DNA of 64,000 bases from an uncultured delta proteobacterium (GTDB taxonomy: Bacteria; Desulfobacterota; RBG-13-43-22): assembly GCA_963743305.1 (NCBI GenBank), contig CAVUPH010000015.1, positions 54,114 to 118,113 of the forward strand, given 5' to 3'. Below the pieces are notes generated by a model. The model made no database searches and had not been told where the DNA came from. It saw nothing but the letters and a program-made list of their open reading frames with translations. Both the position numbers and the translations under genes were made by a program. Positions 11,745 through 21,401 of this stretch are shown piece by piece (the stretch's first letter is position 1; each line of letters begins with the position of its first letter).

Positions 11745-11806
11745 TATTTCAAACTCGGATTCCGAATTCCGAAACAAATACAAATGGTCGAATTTCAATT
11801 TTTGAA
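11745..11806. repeat. Half copy of the heptamer-periodic CGAAATT/CAAATGAC-type element
   Basis: tccgaattccgaaacaaatacaaatggtcgaatttcaa, similar to 36930-36978. Confidence 0.55.
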
Positions 11807-11809
11807 AAG

Positions 11810-11952
11810 TCCCCTCCCCCTTGACGGGGGAGGGATAGGGAGCGGTGGTGAAGCCGTCGGGGTCGATAATTCGCGGGTTCACTCACCCCCGCAACGTTCG
11901 GCTGAGCTCAGTGCGAAGGGTCGTGAAGCCCCCCTCCCGTCGAGGGAGGGGA
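11810..11952. repeat. Palindromic element bounded by two CCCCTCCC/GGGAGGG hairpins
   Basis: TCCCCTCCCCCTTGACGGGGGAGGG ... CCCCTCCCGTCGAGGGAGGGGA. Confidence 0.7.
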
Positions 11953-11965
11953 AGACAGCTTAGTC

Positions 11966-13171
11966 CTATTTAATACTCTTCCCTTCATACTCCCTCAAAA
12001 TCCGGCGCGCCACGGTAACTTTGTGTACCTCGTCCACACCGTCATAGATTCGTGCGGCCCGTTCGTGACGGAAGTAGAAGGCGATGATGGTGTCGTCGGT
12101 CATGCCCAACCCGCCGTGCACCTGCAGGGCCCGGTCTATGACTTTTTGCATGACCCCGGCCACATAAAATTTTATCAAAGAAATTTCCTCCCGGGCCTCT
12201 TTTTGTCCCTGATGCTCCATCTTCCAGGCAGCGTGGAGTACCATCAGCCGGGCCGCCTGGATTTCGGCCGCGCACTCGGCAATCCAGGTCTGGATGATCT
12301 GCCGGGTGGCCAGGGCCTTTCCGGGGGCGATCTCCCGCTTCAAAGCCCGGCCGCACATCAGGGAAAAGATACGGTTGCAGATTCCGATCCAGCGCATGCA
12401 GTGGTGGATCCGCCCCGGTCCTAACCGCTCCTGGGCCATGACAAAGCCGGCCCCTTCGGAGCCGAGCAGGTTTTTTTGGGAAACCCGGCAGGACTGGTAA
12501 AGAATTTCGGCATGACTGGCCCAGCCGGAACCCTCGTGCCCCATGACGGGGATATTTCGGATCCGGTTGAAACCGGGCGTATCGGTGGGTACGATGATCA
12601 TGCTGGCCCGCAAGTAGGGAGAGGCCTCCGGGTTGGTTACCGCCATGACGATGGCAAAGGCCGCTCCATCGGCGCTGGAGGTATACCATTTGTGGCCGTT
12701 GATGACGTAATGGTCTCCGTCTTTTACGGCGGTGGTGTCGAGCATCACGGGGTTGGAACCGGCTAGTTCTACTTCGGTCATGGAAAAGCAACTCCGAATC
12801 TTCCCTTCCACCAGGGGATGGAGGTAGCGGGCTTTTTGATCCTCCGTGCCGTGCAGGTGCAGTATTTCAATGTTACCGGCATCGGGGGCCTGGGCCCCGA
12901 AGACGAAATGCCCCAGGGGCGACCTTCCCAGGGCTTCCGACACCAGGCCGAACTCCACCAGATCGAGCCCCAGACCGCCGTATTCCTTAGGGTGCTGGGG
13001 GGCCCACAGCTCCATCTTTTTTACCAGCCTCCGTTTTTCTTCCAACTCCGGCAGAAGCTCGATAAAATTTTTCTTCAGATATTCGGGTTCCAGGGGAATG
13101 AGTTCCTTGTCCACGAACTCATTCATCATTTCGAGAATAGCCTGCATCTTTTCTGATATTTCAAAATCCAT
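11966..13171 (-). CDS. Acyl-CoA dehydrogenase family protein, ACAD10/11 (LvaC-like) subfamily
   Basis: APDAGNIEIL, FSMTE, AQERLGPGRIHHCMRWIG, ARIYDGVDEVH. Confidence 0.92.
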   Translation of the reverse strand: MDFEISEKMQAILEMMNEFVDKELIPLEPEYLKKNFIELLPELEEKRRLVKKMELWAPQHPKEYGGLGLDLVEFGLVSEALGRSPLGHFVFGAQAPDAGNIEILHLHGTEDQKARYLHPLVEGKIRSCFSMTEVELAGSNPVMLDTTAVKDGDHYVINGHKWYTSSADGAAFAIVMAVTNPEASPYLRASMIIVPTDTPGFNRIRNIPVMGHEGSGWASHAEILYQSCRVSQKNLLGSEGAGFVMAQERLGPGRIHHCMRWIGICNRIFSLMCGRALKREIAPGKALATRQIIQTWIAECAAEIQAARLMVLHAAWKMEHQGQKEAREEISLIKFYVAGVMQKVIDRALQVHGGLGMTDDTIIAFYFRHERAARIYDGVDEVHKVTVARRILREYEGKSIK

Positions 13172-13269
13172 GATTCACTCCTAATCCTCTTGAGGTTTTA
13201 TATTACTCTCTTCTGTCTTCTCTCCTCTTCCATCTTTCCCCTTCCATCTGTTTTTTGCCCCCCGCCTCC

Positions 13270-13977
13270 CTACCTGAAAGTAAGCAGGCCGGGTTCTTTT
13301 TCTACTTCCAGGTGGGCCACGTTGTTGAAGGAAGACAACGTCAAACGGTCGCGGTTATATTTGAAGGTGGAGACGGAGGCGTTTCGAACCTGCCAGGACA
13401 ATTGAACCGTCTCTCGATCCGACAGAGACAAGGCCATTTTCAAGATGGCCGACAACGGCCCTCCCGAAGTGACCAGGGCCACGGTCTTTCCCGGGCCGCT
13501 GGCCGACAGGATGCGCCTGATTCCTTCCCGGACTCGCCGGTTAAAGTCCGACCAGGATTCCAGATCCCCGGCTTCCGGCGATTCGGCCATCCAGCGGGAA
13601 AGAGACCGGTCCAGAATCCGCTGCAGGGCTCGACGATCGGTCTGGAGGCGTGGGAGGTCCTGCTCCAGGGAGGGGTCCTCCCGGATCAGGTGCGGAAGCT
13701 GTGTCCGGATCACGGCCGAGGAATCGTACTCATTGAATTCCGGCAGGATGGACAATTCCGATTGAGGGACGTTAGGCCGGAAGCAGGACCGAAGCGGTTC
13801 GGCCGTAGCCACCTGTCGTTTCAGGGAGCCGGAATAGATGGCCTCAAACCGCGTGCCGATCCGGTTTAAAAAAGTCTCGAGCAAGCGGGCCTGCCGGATC
13901 CCCAGTTCGGAAAGACGGTCATAATCGGTCTGCCCGAATGATGCCTGGGCATGCCGGATAACGTAAAGATCTCCCAA
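13270..13977 (-). CDS. Histidine phosphatase (phosphoglycerate mutase-like) family protein
   Basis: IRHAQASFG, YDRLSELG, GSLKRQ, VTSGGP, SFNNVAHL. Confidence 0.9.
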   Translation of the reverse strand: MGDLYVIRHAQASFGQTDYDRLSELGIRQARLLETFLNRIGTRFEAIYSGSLKRQVATAEPLRSCFRPNVPQSELSILPEFNEYDSSAVIRTQLPHLIREDPSLEQDLPRLQTDRRALQRILDRSLSRWMAESPEAGDLESWSDFNRRVREGIRRILSASGPGKTVALVTSGGPLSAILKMALSLSDRETVQLSWQVRNASVSTFKYNRDRLTLSSFNNVAHLEVEKEPGLLTFR

Positions 13978-14005
13978 TCAATTCACCTTTTAAATGACCA
14001 GAACG

Positions 14006-14149
14006 GATTATTTCGAAAAAGCTGCCAAGGTTGTCATTGCGAGGAGTGAAGCGACGAAGCAATCTCGCATTATTCGAATAGTAGCATGGGTGGGGATTGC
14101 TTCGCTTCGCTCGCAATGACAGGCGTTTTTGACTTTTTCCAAGCTCATC
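14006..14149. repeat. Nested palindromic element copy 1 (core 14033-14120)
   Basis: GTCATTGCGAGGAGTGAAGCGACGAAGCAATCTC-spacer-GGGATTGCTTCGCTTCGCTCGCAATGAC inside GATTATTTCGAAAAAG / GACTTTTTCCAAGCTCATC. Confidence 0.85.
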
Positions 14150-14196
14150 CAGTTTTTTTTCGTGGTTCGAGTTTCGGATTTCGTGCTTTGAGTTTA

Positions 14197-15519
14197 TTAG
14201 GAGACCTTGAAAAAAGCTTCTTCAAACTCCGGGCGGCCGGCGTAACGCTTCAAGTAAAAACCCGGGGCCAGATCGATATCCTCAAAGAATTTTTCTTTGA
14301 CCTCGATTCCGGACTGCTGCAGGGCCTGGACCAATTCATTCCTGGATGGAGGGCAGCCTTTCACCGGGATCATTTCCCGAATATCGGGATGGTCTTTATT
14401 GGCCTGAACCATGCATTTCCCCAGGAGGATAGTCTTCTTCATGCCGGGGGTGGGTTTCATGGCCTTGCCGGTAAGGATTTCCACTTCATCCCAGGGGCTT
14501 CCCTTCCAGGCCTTGGCGATGGCCATGAGGATTACCCGAGTCAGCCCGGAACAATACGTACACATGGTCAAATCGTATTTTTTGTAGGAGAGGCCCCGGA
14601 TGCCCATTTCGGCCATGGGTCGGGGCAGGGTGCCGGCTTCGTTATACGGAAAATAATATTCGTGACGGGCCGCCACCGCCTCGACCTTTTCCCCGACCAC
14701 CTCTATTCCCGACAGATCCGGTTGCCGGCCCTGGATTCCGGCGGCGTGAACCAGATGGGGGACCTCGGCCGGTTCATAACCCAGGATCTTGGCGCCCACA
14801 AAATCGGCTGACAAGATATCCGCCGAGGCAACCAGGAGGTTGCTGCGTCGGATCGTCCCATCGAACCCGGGGCCCCGCTCATTGGTGTAAATCCCGTCCA
14901 GCACGGTCAGACAGGGAGGAACGGCCTTAGCCAGTCGGCCGACCATATAATGCAAATCTTTTTGGGGATCGGCCCCATGACATTTTTTACGGGAGTTGAT
15001 ATTGATCAGTCCCTTCAGGTTTTTGATCCCCAGGGAGACAACGGCCTGGGCATGGGTTTTCAGGACCGGCAGATCGACCAGGAAGTCGCTTTCCAGAAAA
15101 TCGACGTTGAAGTGCAGGGCCACTCCGTCCCCGAGATCCACTTTTTTAAAAGGACGTTCCAGAACGTTGACCACCCGGACCCCATACCTTTTTTTCAGCC
15201 GGTTATAACCCAGCGTTTCAAAGGCATGGGCTGGGGTTTCCGGGTCCTTGACCGTACGGGTGACCATTCCTTCCCCGATGGTAATGTCCTCGATCCCTTT
15301 TTCTTGCAGCAGGTGGACCAGGTCTTCTACCACCCGGGAAGTGGTGATCACCCCCCATTTGGGAAAAGGGGTGAAGCGGGTCCAGAAAACGATGTTCGGT
15401 TTGATGAACACCCGGGCCTGGGAGGGCAGGTGATCCAGACCGCGGCAGAGCTCGACGGCCCGGCGCACCGATTCCAGGGGTTTTTCATAGCGGACAATGG
15501 AAACCAAGGAGGGATTCAT
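14197..15519 (-). CDS. DUF362-domain Fe-S protein, paralogue 1
   Basis: VFIKPN, IGEG, LPVLKTH, LGIKNLKG; C-terminal MCTYCSG, LLGKCM, VKGCPP; start MNPSLV with AGAGG RBS. Confidence 0.85.
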   Translation of the reverse strand: MNPSLVSIVRYEKPLESVRRAVELCRGLDHLPSQARVFIKPNIVFWTRFTPFPKWGVITTSRVVEDLVHLLQEKGIEDITIGEGMVTRTVKDPETPAHAFETLGYNRLKKRYGVRVVNVLERPFKKVDLGDGVALHFNVDFLESDFLVDLPVLKTHAQAVVSLGIKNLKGLININSRKKCHGADPQKDLHYMVGRLAKAVPPCLTVLDGIYTNERGPGFDGTIRRSNLLVASADILSADFVGAKILGYEPAEVPHLVHAAGIQGRQPDLSGIEVVGEKVEAVAARHEYYFPYNEAGTLPRPMAEMGIRGLSYKKYDLTMCTYCSGLTRVILMAIAKAWKGSPWDEVEILTGKAMKPTPGMKKTILLGKCMVQANKDHPDIREMIPVKGCPPSRNELVQALQQSGIEVKEKFFEDIDLAPGFYLKRYAGRPEFEEAFFKVS

Positions 15520-15555
15520 AGGACCTCTATTTATCATTTCGAAATACAAATCGCC

Positions 15556-15634
15556 GGTTAGGGAGAGGGAACGAAACCCAACAGTACAGCAGGCTCCCTA
15601 CCCGTTGGGTTTCGCATTGTTTTACCTAACCTAC
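15556..15634. repeat. REP-doublet (REPIN-like) element, degenerate
   Basis: GGTTAGG..CGAAACCCAAC-spacer-GTTGGGTTTCG..CCTAACCTAC; right end reads GTAGG on the minus strand. Confidence 0.65.
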
Positions 15635-15642
15635 CAAAGGCA

Positions 15643-15702
15643 CAATTTTCAATAATCAATTGTCAATTAACAATTAAGAATTGATTATTGATTTTGATTA
15701 TT
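15643..15702. repeat. Heptamer-periodic AT-rich inverted array (CAATTnn / nnATTGA)
   Basis: caatttt caataat caattgt caattaa caattaa gaattga ttattga ttttga. Confidence 0.65.
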
Positions 15703-15721
15703 AAGTTTTCGCCTGGTTTTT

Positions 15722-16933
15722 TTACCAGTCATAGTCTTCCTTCTCGATAACGGTAGCCACCCCCTGGCCGCCACCAACGCAGGCATTGGCCAAACCGTAG
15801 CGTTTGCCCTTGAGGTTCAGGGTCCGGGCCAGGGTTCCCACCAAACGGATGCCGGTAGCCCCCAGCGCGTGGCCGATAGCCGTACCGCCGCCCATGGCAT
15901 TCACCTTTTCCGGGTCGAGGCCCAGTTCCTTGATACAGTTCAGGACCACGATACAGAAGGCTTCATTGATTTCCCAAAAATCGATGTCCGAGGCCTTCAA
16001 TCCCGCCTTTTCCAGGGCCATCTTGCTGGCCGGAACCGGTCCCGCCCCCATGATGGTCGGGTCCACCCCGGCAATGCCCATGGACCGGATAGTCGCCAGG
16101 GGCTTGATCCCTTTCTTCTTGGCCGTTTCCTTGGACATGAGCACCATACTGCTGGCGGCGGCGTTGAGGGGGGAGGAATTTCCCGGAGTGATGACCCCGT
16201 CTTTCTTGAAAGCCGGCCGCAGACCGGCCAGCCCTTCCAGGGTTGTGTCGCCCCGGACGGCTTGATCCTTGTCGACCGTCAGGATTGTTCCGTCGGCTTG
16301 TTCGGCCTCTACGGGCAGGATCTCCCCCGCCAGAAACCCATCGGCCTGGGACTGGGCCGCCCTTTGATGGGAGCGAACGCCCCATTGATCCAGATCCTCC
16401 TTGGTAAGGCCGGACTGAGCGAATAGCTTTTCCGCCGTCAGCCCCATGTTGGTGGACGTCATCATGTCCCAGTGCAGGTAGGCCGGGTCCGTATAAAGCG
16501 CCATATTCGGGACGATATGTCCCCGATCGATGGTGGCCAGGCCCATGGGCACCCGGGTCATGTTTTCATAGCCTCCGGTCAGGACGATATCGCAGAATCC
16601 CTGGGCGATCTCCATAAACCCGACATGAATGGCCGCCATGGAAGACCCGCACTGCTGGTCCACAAACTTGGCCGGAATCGTTTCCGGAAAATTGGCCAGG
16701 AAGATAGGGTTGCGCCCTCCATAGGCCCACTGCTCGCCCACGGCCGTGGCGCAGCCGACGACAAAATCATTGATCTCTTTGGGCTCCAATCCGGTCCTCT
16801 TGACGACCTCGGGCAGGAGTTTGGCGAGGAGCTCATCTCCCCGCATCTTGCAAAACACGTCCCGGGCCGGGTCGTTGGGCCGGGATCGGGACTGGGCTGT
16901 TCTTAAATATCCGGCAATCACTACTTCCTTCAT
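15722..16933 (-). CDS. Acetyl-CoA C-acyltransferase (thiolase, FadA-like)
   Basis: DQQCGSS, EINEAF, GGTAIGHALGATG, ACVGGGQG. Confidence 0.94.
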   Translation of the reverse strand: MKEVVIAGYLRTAQSRSRPNDPARDVFCKMRGDELLAKLLPEVVKRTGLEPKEINDFVVGCATAVGEQWAYGGRNPIFLANFPETIPAKFVDQQCGSSMAAIHVGFMEIAQGFCDIVLTGGYENMTRVPMGLATIDRGHIVPNMALYTDPAYLHWDMMTSTNMGLTAEKLFAQSGLTKEDLDQWGVRSHQRAAQSQADGFLAGEILPVEAEQADGTILTVDKDQAVRGDTTLEGLAGLRPAFKKDGVITPGNSSPLNAAASSMVLMSKETAKKKGIKPLATIRSMGIAGVDPTIMGAGPVPASKMALEKAGLKASDIDFWEINEAFCIVVLNCIKELGLDPEKVNAMGGGTAIGHALGATGIRLVGTLARTLNLKGKRYGLANACVGGGQGVATVIEKEDYDW

Positions 16934-16999
16934 ACTTTGTTCCTCCCTTTTTCACCGCAAAGGCGCCAAGGACTCGCGATGATTTTATTTTTAACTTTC

Positions 17000-17152
17000 G
17001 TGGCTTCACAGAAAGCCTGAAAACCCGTCATTGCGAGCGAAGCGAAGCAATCTCGTCTTTAGCAATTTGTGGCTCACAAATGAGCTCACGGGGGGATTGC
17101 TTCGTCGCTTCACTCCTCGCAATGACATCTGGGGGGCCTTTTGTGAACACGT
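17000..17152. repeat. Nested palindromic element copy 2 (core 17027-17126)
   Basis: GTCATTGCGAGCGAAGCGAAGCAATCTC-38 nt-GGGATTGCTTCGTCGCTTCACTCCTCGCAATGAC inside TTCACAGAAAGCC / GGCCTTTTGTGAA. Confidence 0.85.
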
Positions 17153-17157
17153 AATCT

Positions 17158-19287
17158 TTAATCCTGGTAGAAAGTCTTATTCCCTTCGGCCATTTCTTTC
17201 AATAGCTGGGCCGGCCGGAAGCGAAAGCCATATTGCTTCTCCAGGGCCAGCAACTTTTCATAGACGTTCTTGACCCCCCATTGATCAGCATAACGCAGAA
17301 TCCCGCCCCGGTAAGGTGGAAATCCAGTGCCATAGATCATGGCCAGATCCATATCCCAGGGCCGGTCACAAATCCCTTCCTCAATCATCAGAGCGGCCTC
17401 GTTGATGGCCAGGGCCAGCATCGTGTCCACGACTTCCTGATAGCTTATCTTCTTAGGGGTGACCGCATTTTCCTTCCAATACTGCTGAACCACTTCGGCG
17501 ATTTTCGGGTTAGGGGTTACGGTCTTGCCCTGGTAAATGAAATAACCCGAGCCGGTTTTACGGCCATAGCAGCCGGTCTGATAAATCCGCTCCGTGAGAG
17601 GGTGAATTTTGTAGCGTTCACCCAGCCGCTGCTCAAAAGTTTTGTTGACGTGGTAGTTGATATCGATCCCGGTCAGGTCGGCCAGGGTGGCCGGGCCCAT
17701 GGGCATACCGAAATCCATCATGGCCTCTTCGATGATCCGGCCCTCTACCCCGTCAGCCACCAGGAACACGGACCCGCCCATTAGGCCGCCGAGCTGCCGG
17801 GAGACATAGAAACCCGGCCCGTCGTTGACGACGATAGGTATTTTCTTGATATTCCGGCCGAAGGCCACGCCGCTGGCCAGGGTCGGGTCCGAGGTCTGCT
17901 GGGCGCAGATGATTTCCAGAAGCTGCATCCGGTGGGCCGGGTTGAAGAAATGCAGGCCGATCATCCGGCCGGGGTCCTTCAGGACCGAGGCCATTTCAGT
18001 GATCGGCAGGGCGCTGGTATTGGTCCCGAAGATCACCTCGGGACGGCAGATCCCCTCCAGCTTTAACCAGATGTCCTGTTTGACCTTCATGTTCTCCAAC
18101 ACCGCCTCGATCACCAGGTCCACGTCCTTCAAATCCTCCAGGGCGGTAGTGGTGGTCAGCCGGGCCTGGATCATTCTTTCCAGGTCGGCCGGGGTCAGCT
18201 TCTTTTTCTTGATCGGGTACTCAAAGGTTTTCCGGATGGCGGCCACCCCCTTCTCGAGGGCGCCGTCGTTGATATCCCAGAGGACCGCTTCGAAGCCGCC
18301 CACCAGCAGGAGGTTGACGATTCCGGAACCCATGACCCCGCCGCCCAGCATGGCCACTTTTTTGATTTTCGCCGGTTCCAGGCCCTTGATCCGGGGCAGC
18401 CGCCCGGCCGCCCGGGTGTTCAGGAAGATGCCGATCAGGTTCCTACACACATCGGTCAAGGCGCACTCGCTGAAGAGCTCCACTTCACGTTCGATATCCG
18501 CTTCGATGTCGAAGCCCAACCCCTTTTCCACGGCCTCGATGGCTTTGAAAGGCGCGATGTAGCCCTTGGCCTTGTTCATGGTCATCATCTTGACATAGTT
18601 GAGGAAGGGCTTTTTCTCCGCGGCGCTGGGCAACCGGTCGATCTTGTTTCGGGTCCGGCGCAGGTCCAGCCGGGGCCGCCCGGAGAGAAACCGCTCGGCC
18701 GCCTTTAACGCGGCTTCGATCAGCTTTTCCGCAGGGACAACTTCATCCACCAGGCCTCGCTGCAAGGCCTTTTCGGCCTTGATCGGAGCGCCGGTGGTGA
18801 TCATCTCGATGGCGTTGGGCAGGCCGATCAGTCGGGGCAGTCGCTGGGTACCGCCGGCTCCCGGAATCAGGCCGATTTGCACCTCGGGCTGCCCCAGGTT
18901 GACCCCCGGCGTGGCCACCCGGTAATGGCCGGCCATGGCCGTCTCCAACCCTCCGCCCAGACAGTTCCCGTTAATGGCGGCGATGACCGGCTTGGGGGCC
19001 ATCTCGATCCAGTTCAGGAAGCGGGCCGCCTCCAGGGCCGGCCCAAATATATCTTCCCTCTTTTTAACCAGTTGCAGCCGGGTGATATCCGCCCCGGCAA
19101 TGAAATTCTTTCCGGTGCCGGTCAGGACGATGGCCTTGACGTCCCCATCCTGCATGGCTTCACGGATAGCCTCCCCGAAGTCCTGCATCAATTGAGGGGA
19201 CATCTGGTTCACCGGGGGGTTGTCTAGCGTTAGAATCGCCACCCCGTTTTGCTGTGTCACTTTTACAGTCTGGTAATCAGTTTTCAT
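17158..19287 (-). CDS. Multifunctional enoyl-CoA hydratase / 3-hydroxyacyl-CoA dehydrogenase (FadB/FadJ-like)
   Basis: NPPVN, FIAGADI, GGGLE, PEVQIGLIPGAGGTQRLPRLIG, GGGVMGSGI, GLHFFNPA; start may be 19287 or 19302. Confidence 0.94.
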   Translation of the reverse strand: MKTDYQTVKVTQQNGVAILTLDNPPVNQMSPQLMQDFGEAIREAMQDGDVKAIVLTGTGKNFIAGADITRLQLVKKREDIFGPALEAARFLNWIEMAPKPVIAAINGNCLGGGLETAMAGHYRVATPGVNLGQPEVQIGLIPGAGGTQRLPRLIGLPNAIEMITTGAPIKAEKALQRGLVDEVVPAEKLIEAALKAAERFLSGRPRLDLRRTRNKIDRLPSAAEKKPFLNYVKMMTMNKAKGYIAPFKAIEAVEKGLGFDIEADIEREVELFSECALTDVCRNLIGIFLNTRAAGRLPRIKGLEPAKIKKVAMLGGGVMGSGIVNLLLVGGFEAVLWDINDGALEKGVAAIRKTFEYPIKKKKLTPADLERMIQARLTTTTALEDLKDVDLVIEAVLENMKVKQDIWLKLEGICRPEVIFGTNTSALPITEMASVLKDPGRMIGLHFFNPAHRMQLLEIICAQQTSDPTLASGVAFGRNIKKIPIVVNDGPGFYVSRQLGGLMGGSVFLVADGVEGRIIEEAMMDFGMPMGPATLADLTGIDINYHVNKTFEQRLGERYKIHPLTERIYQTGCYGRKTGSGYFIYQGKTVTPNPKIAEVVQQYWKENAVTPKKISYQEVVDTMLALAINEAALMIEEGICDRPWDMDLAMIYGTGFPPYRGGILRYADQWGVKNVYEKLLALEKQYGFRFRPAQLLKEMAEGNKTFYQD

Positions 19288-19333
19288 AGGCAATAACTCC
19301 ATCTATTTTTATGATTGCGGTTATTTATTTCTT

Positions 19334-19488
19334 GATAATTTCGCAAAACGTACATAAACACGAGGCCAATTATTGTCATGGCGAGCGAAGCGAAGCAATC
19401 CCCACTGCGGCTCATAATTGACTATGGGGGATTGCTTCATCGCTTCACTCCTCGCAATGACGGTTTGGGGGACTTGCTGCAAATTTAT
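19334..19488. repeat. Nested palindromic element copy 3 (core 19375-19461)
   Basis: GTCATGGCGAGCGAAGCGAAGCAATCCC-25 nt-GGGATTGCTTCATCGCTTCACTCCTCGCAATGAC inside GATAATTTCGCAAAACGT / ACTTGCTGCAAATTTAT. Confidence 0.85.
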
Positions 19489-21148
19489 TTTTTATTTTCG
19501 CTTCTTCCTCAGCCCGCAGGACTTTGCGCAGGATCTTCCCGACTGCCGATTTGGGCAGGCCCTCCCGGAATTCCACCTGTTTGGGCACCTTGTAGGCGGC
19601 CAAATGCTCTTTACAGAAACCGACGATCTCTTCGGGTGTGGCCGTCTCCCCCTCCTTCAAGACCACATAGGCCTTGACCGTCTCCCCCCGGTACTGGTCG
19701 GCCAGGCCCACACAAACGGCCTCCTGGATCTTGGGGTGCTGGAAGAGCACTTCATCGATTTCCCGGGGATAGATATTGAAGCCTCCGGCGATTATCATAT
19801 CTTTTTTTCGATCGACGATATACAGGTAGTCATCCTCGTCCCAAACGGCGATGTCCCCCGTGTGGAGCCAGCCGTCCCGGAGCTGCCCCCGGGTTTCCTC
19901 CGGGTTGTTCCAATAGCCCTGCATGACCAGAGGGCTCCGGATGAGTATTTCCCCCGGTTCCCCCCGGGGCACATCCTCTTTTCCGGCGACCACGTCCACC
20001 AGCCTGACATCCGTATCCGGCCAAGGGATGCCGATGCTGCCGGGTTTGCGCAGGCCAAACACCGGGTTGCTGATGCCCAGGGAGGTGGTCTCGCTCATGC
20101 CCCAGCCCTCGGAATAAGAAATGCCCAGGTCTTTGACCTGCTCGATCAATTCCAGCGGCATGGGAGCGGCCCCGGAGTTGAGCATCTTGATCTTTCGGTC
20201 CAGGTTCAGCTCCTCCGCCTTGGGATGTTTGAGCAGGGCGTTGATCAGGGTGGGCACGGCCGGGAAAAAAGTGATTTCCTTGAACCCGGCCAGCAGGCCC
20301 ATAAATTCTTCAATTTCAAATCGGGGGACCAGGTACTGGGTGGCGCCGTTGATGATGGCCCAACCCTGGCAGACAATCGTCCCGTAGACATGGAAATAAG
20401 GCAACACGGCCAGGACCGATCGCCGCTCCGGGGGAACCAACCCGGTGGTCATTTTGCCCCAGACGGCCACCTGGACCGTGGCGGCCACGATATTCCCGTG
20501 GGTGAGCACGGCCCCCTTGGGAATACCGGTCGTCCCGCCGGTGAATTGGATCAGGGCCGGATCTTCGGGCAGGATGGCTACCCGCGGCACCCGGGTTTGG
20601 GTACAGTTTTCAATCAACTGCGAGAAATGGTGCCAGCCTCCCGGCAGGCCCAATTCGGCCGGTGTGCTCTGAGGCATCCCCTGGATATAGTCCGTGACCC
20701 GGGTCACGACCACCCGCGCAATAGGTACCGCTTGGGTGACCAGCACGATGTTGGGCAGGACCATATCGAAGGTGAATAGCGTGGTAAGGCCCGTGTCGGT
20801 CACGATCCGCTTCAGTTCGTCCGGGGTATACATGGGATTGAGATTGACGCCGACGGCCCCCAGGGAAAGCACGGCATGATAGGCGATCACGTATTGCGGG
20901 CAAGTAGGCAGATGGAGCCCCACCCGGTCCCCTTTCCGGACCCCCAGTTCCCCCAGGGCATTGGCCAGGCGCAACACTTGCCGACGCAGGTCGTAGTAGG
21001 AAATCTCGCTGCCGTAGAAATGCGTGGCCGCCTTGTCCGGGAACCCGTTGGCTGTATAATGTAAAAAATCCTGGACCGGTATCCGGGGATACCGTAGGGA
21101 CAGAGGAACTTCGTAATCGTAGTGGCGTTGCCAGGGTCTGGTTTCCAT
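19445..21148 (-). CDS. Long-chain fatty acid--CoA ligase (FadD-like)
   Basis: QFTGGTTGIPKG, EGWGMSET, WLHTGD, DRKKDMII, LPKSAVGK. Confidence 0.94.
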   Translation of the reverse strand: METRPWQRHYDYEVPLSLRYPRIPVQDFLHYTANGFPDKAATHFYGSEISYYDLRRQVLRLANALGELGVRKGDRVGLHLPTCPQYVIAYHAVLSLGAVGVNLNPMYTPDELKRIVTDTGLTTLFTFDMVLPNIVLVTQAVPIARVVVTRVTDYIQGMPQSTPAELGLPGGWHHFSQLIENCTQTRVPRVAILPEDPALIQFTGGTTGIPKGAVLTHGNIVAATVQVAVWGKMTTGLVPPERRSVLAVLPYFHVYGTIVCQGWAIINGATQYLVPRFEIEEFMGLLAGFKEITFFPAVPTLINALLKHPKAEELNLDRKIKMLNSGAAPMPLELIEQVKDLGISYSEGWGMSETTSLGISNPVFGLRKPGSIGIPWPDTDVRLVDVVAGKEDVPRGEPGEILIRSPLVMQGYWNNPEETRGQLRDGWLHTGDIAVWDEDDYLYIVDRKKDMIIAGGFNIYPREIDEVLFQHPKIQEAVCVGLADQYRGETVKAYVVLKEGETATPEEIVGFCKEHLAAYKVPKQVEFREGLPKSAVGKILRKVLRAEEEAKIKNKFAASPPNRHCEE

Positions 21149-21213
21149 CTTCATCTCCTCCCGCAAAGGGCGTTAACGAAACAGGGGACAGCCGCGGATA
21201 TTTGTGTAGCAAT

Positions 21214-21326
21214 ACTCAATAGTTAACGTTGAGTTGTACTGCCGATTACATAGATAACTATTAATTTTTATTGATGATTTTGTCAAGTATTTTTTTATTG
21301 ACAAGCGTTTTAATTTTTCATATTTT
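21214..21326. promoter_or_regulatory. Divergent promoter region with back-to-back TTGACA elements and a candidate operator ACTCAA-N9-TTGAGT
   Basis: Plus strand TTGACA (21298)-17 nt-TATTTT (21321); minus strand TTGACA at 21286-21281; dyad at 21214-21234. Confidence 0.55.
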
Positions 21327-21401
21327 TAGCAGAATGGACTACTCTTTAAGGTTTTGCGGCTCAAACCGGCAGCGGCAATTTACTTCCAGCTTCTCAAAAC
21401 C

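Noticed and set aside
13919-14116. Short ORFs starting MRAKRSN/MASEAKQ (also 17031, 19378, 39178)
   Set aside because: Translations of the palindromic repeat arms, not genes.
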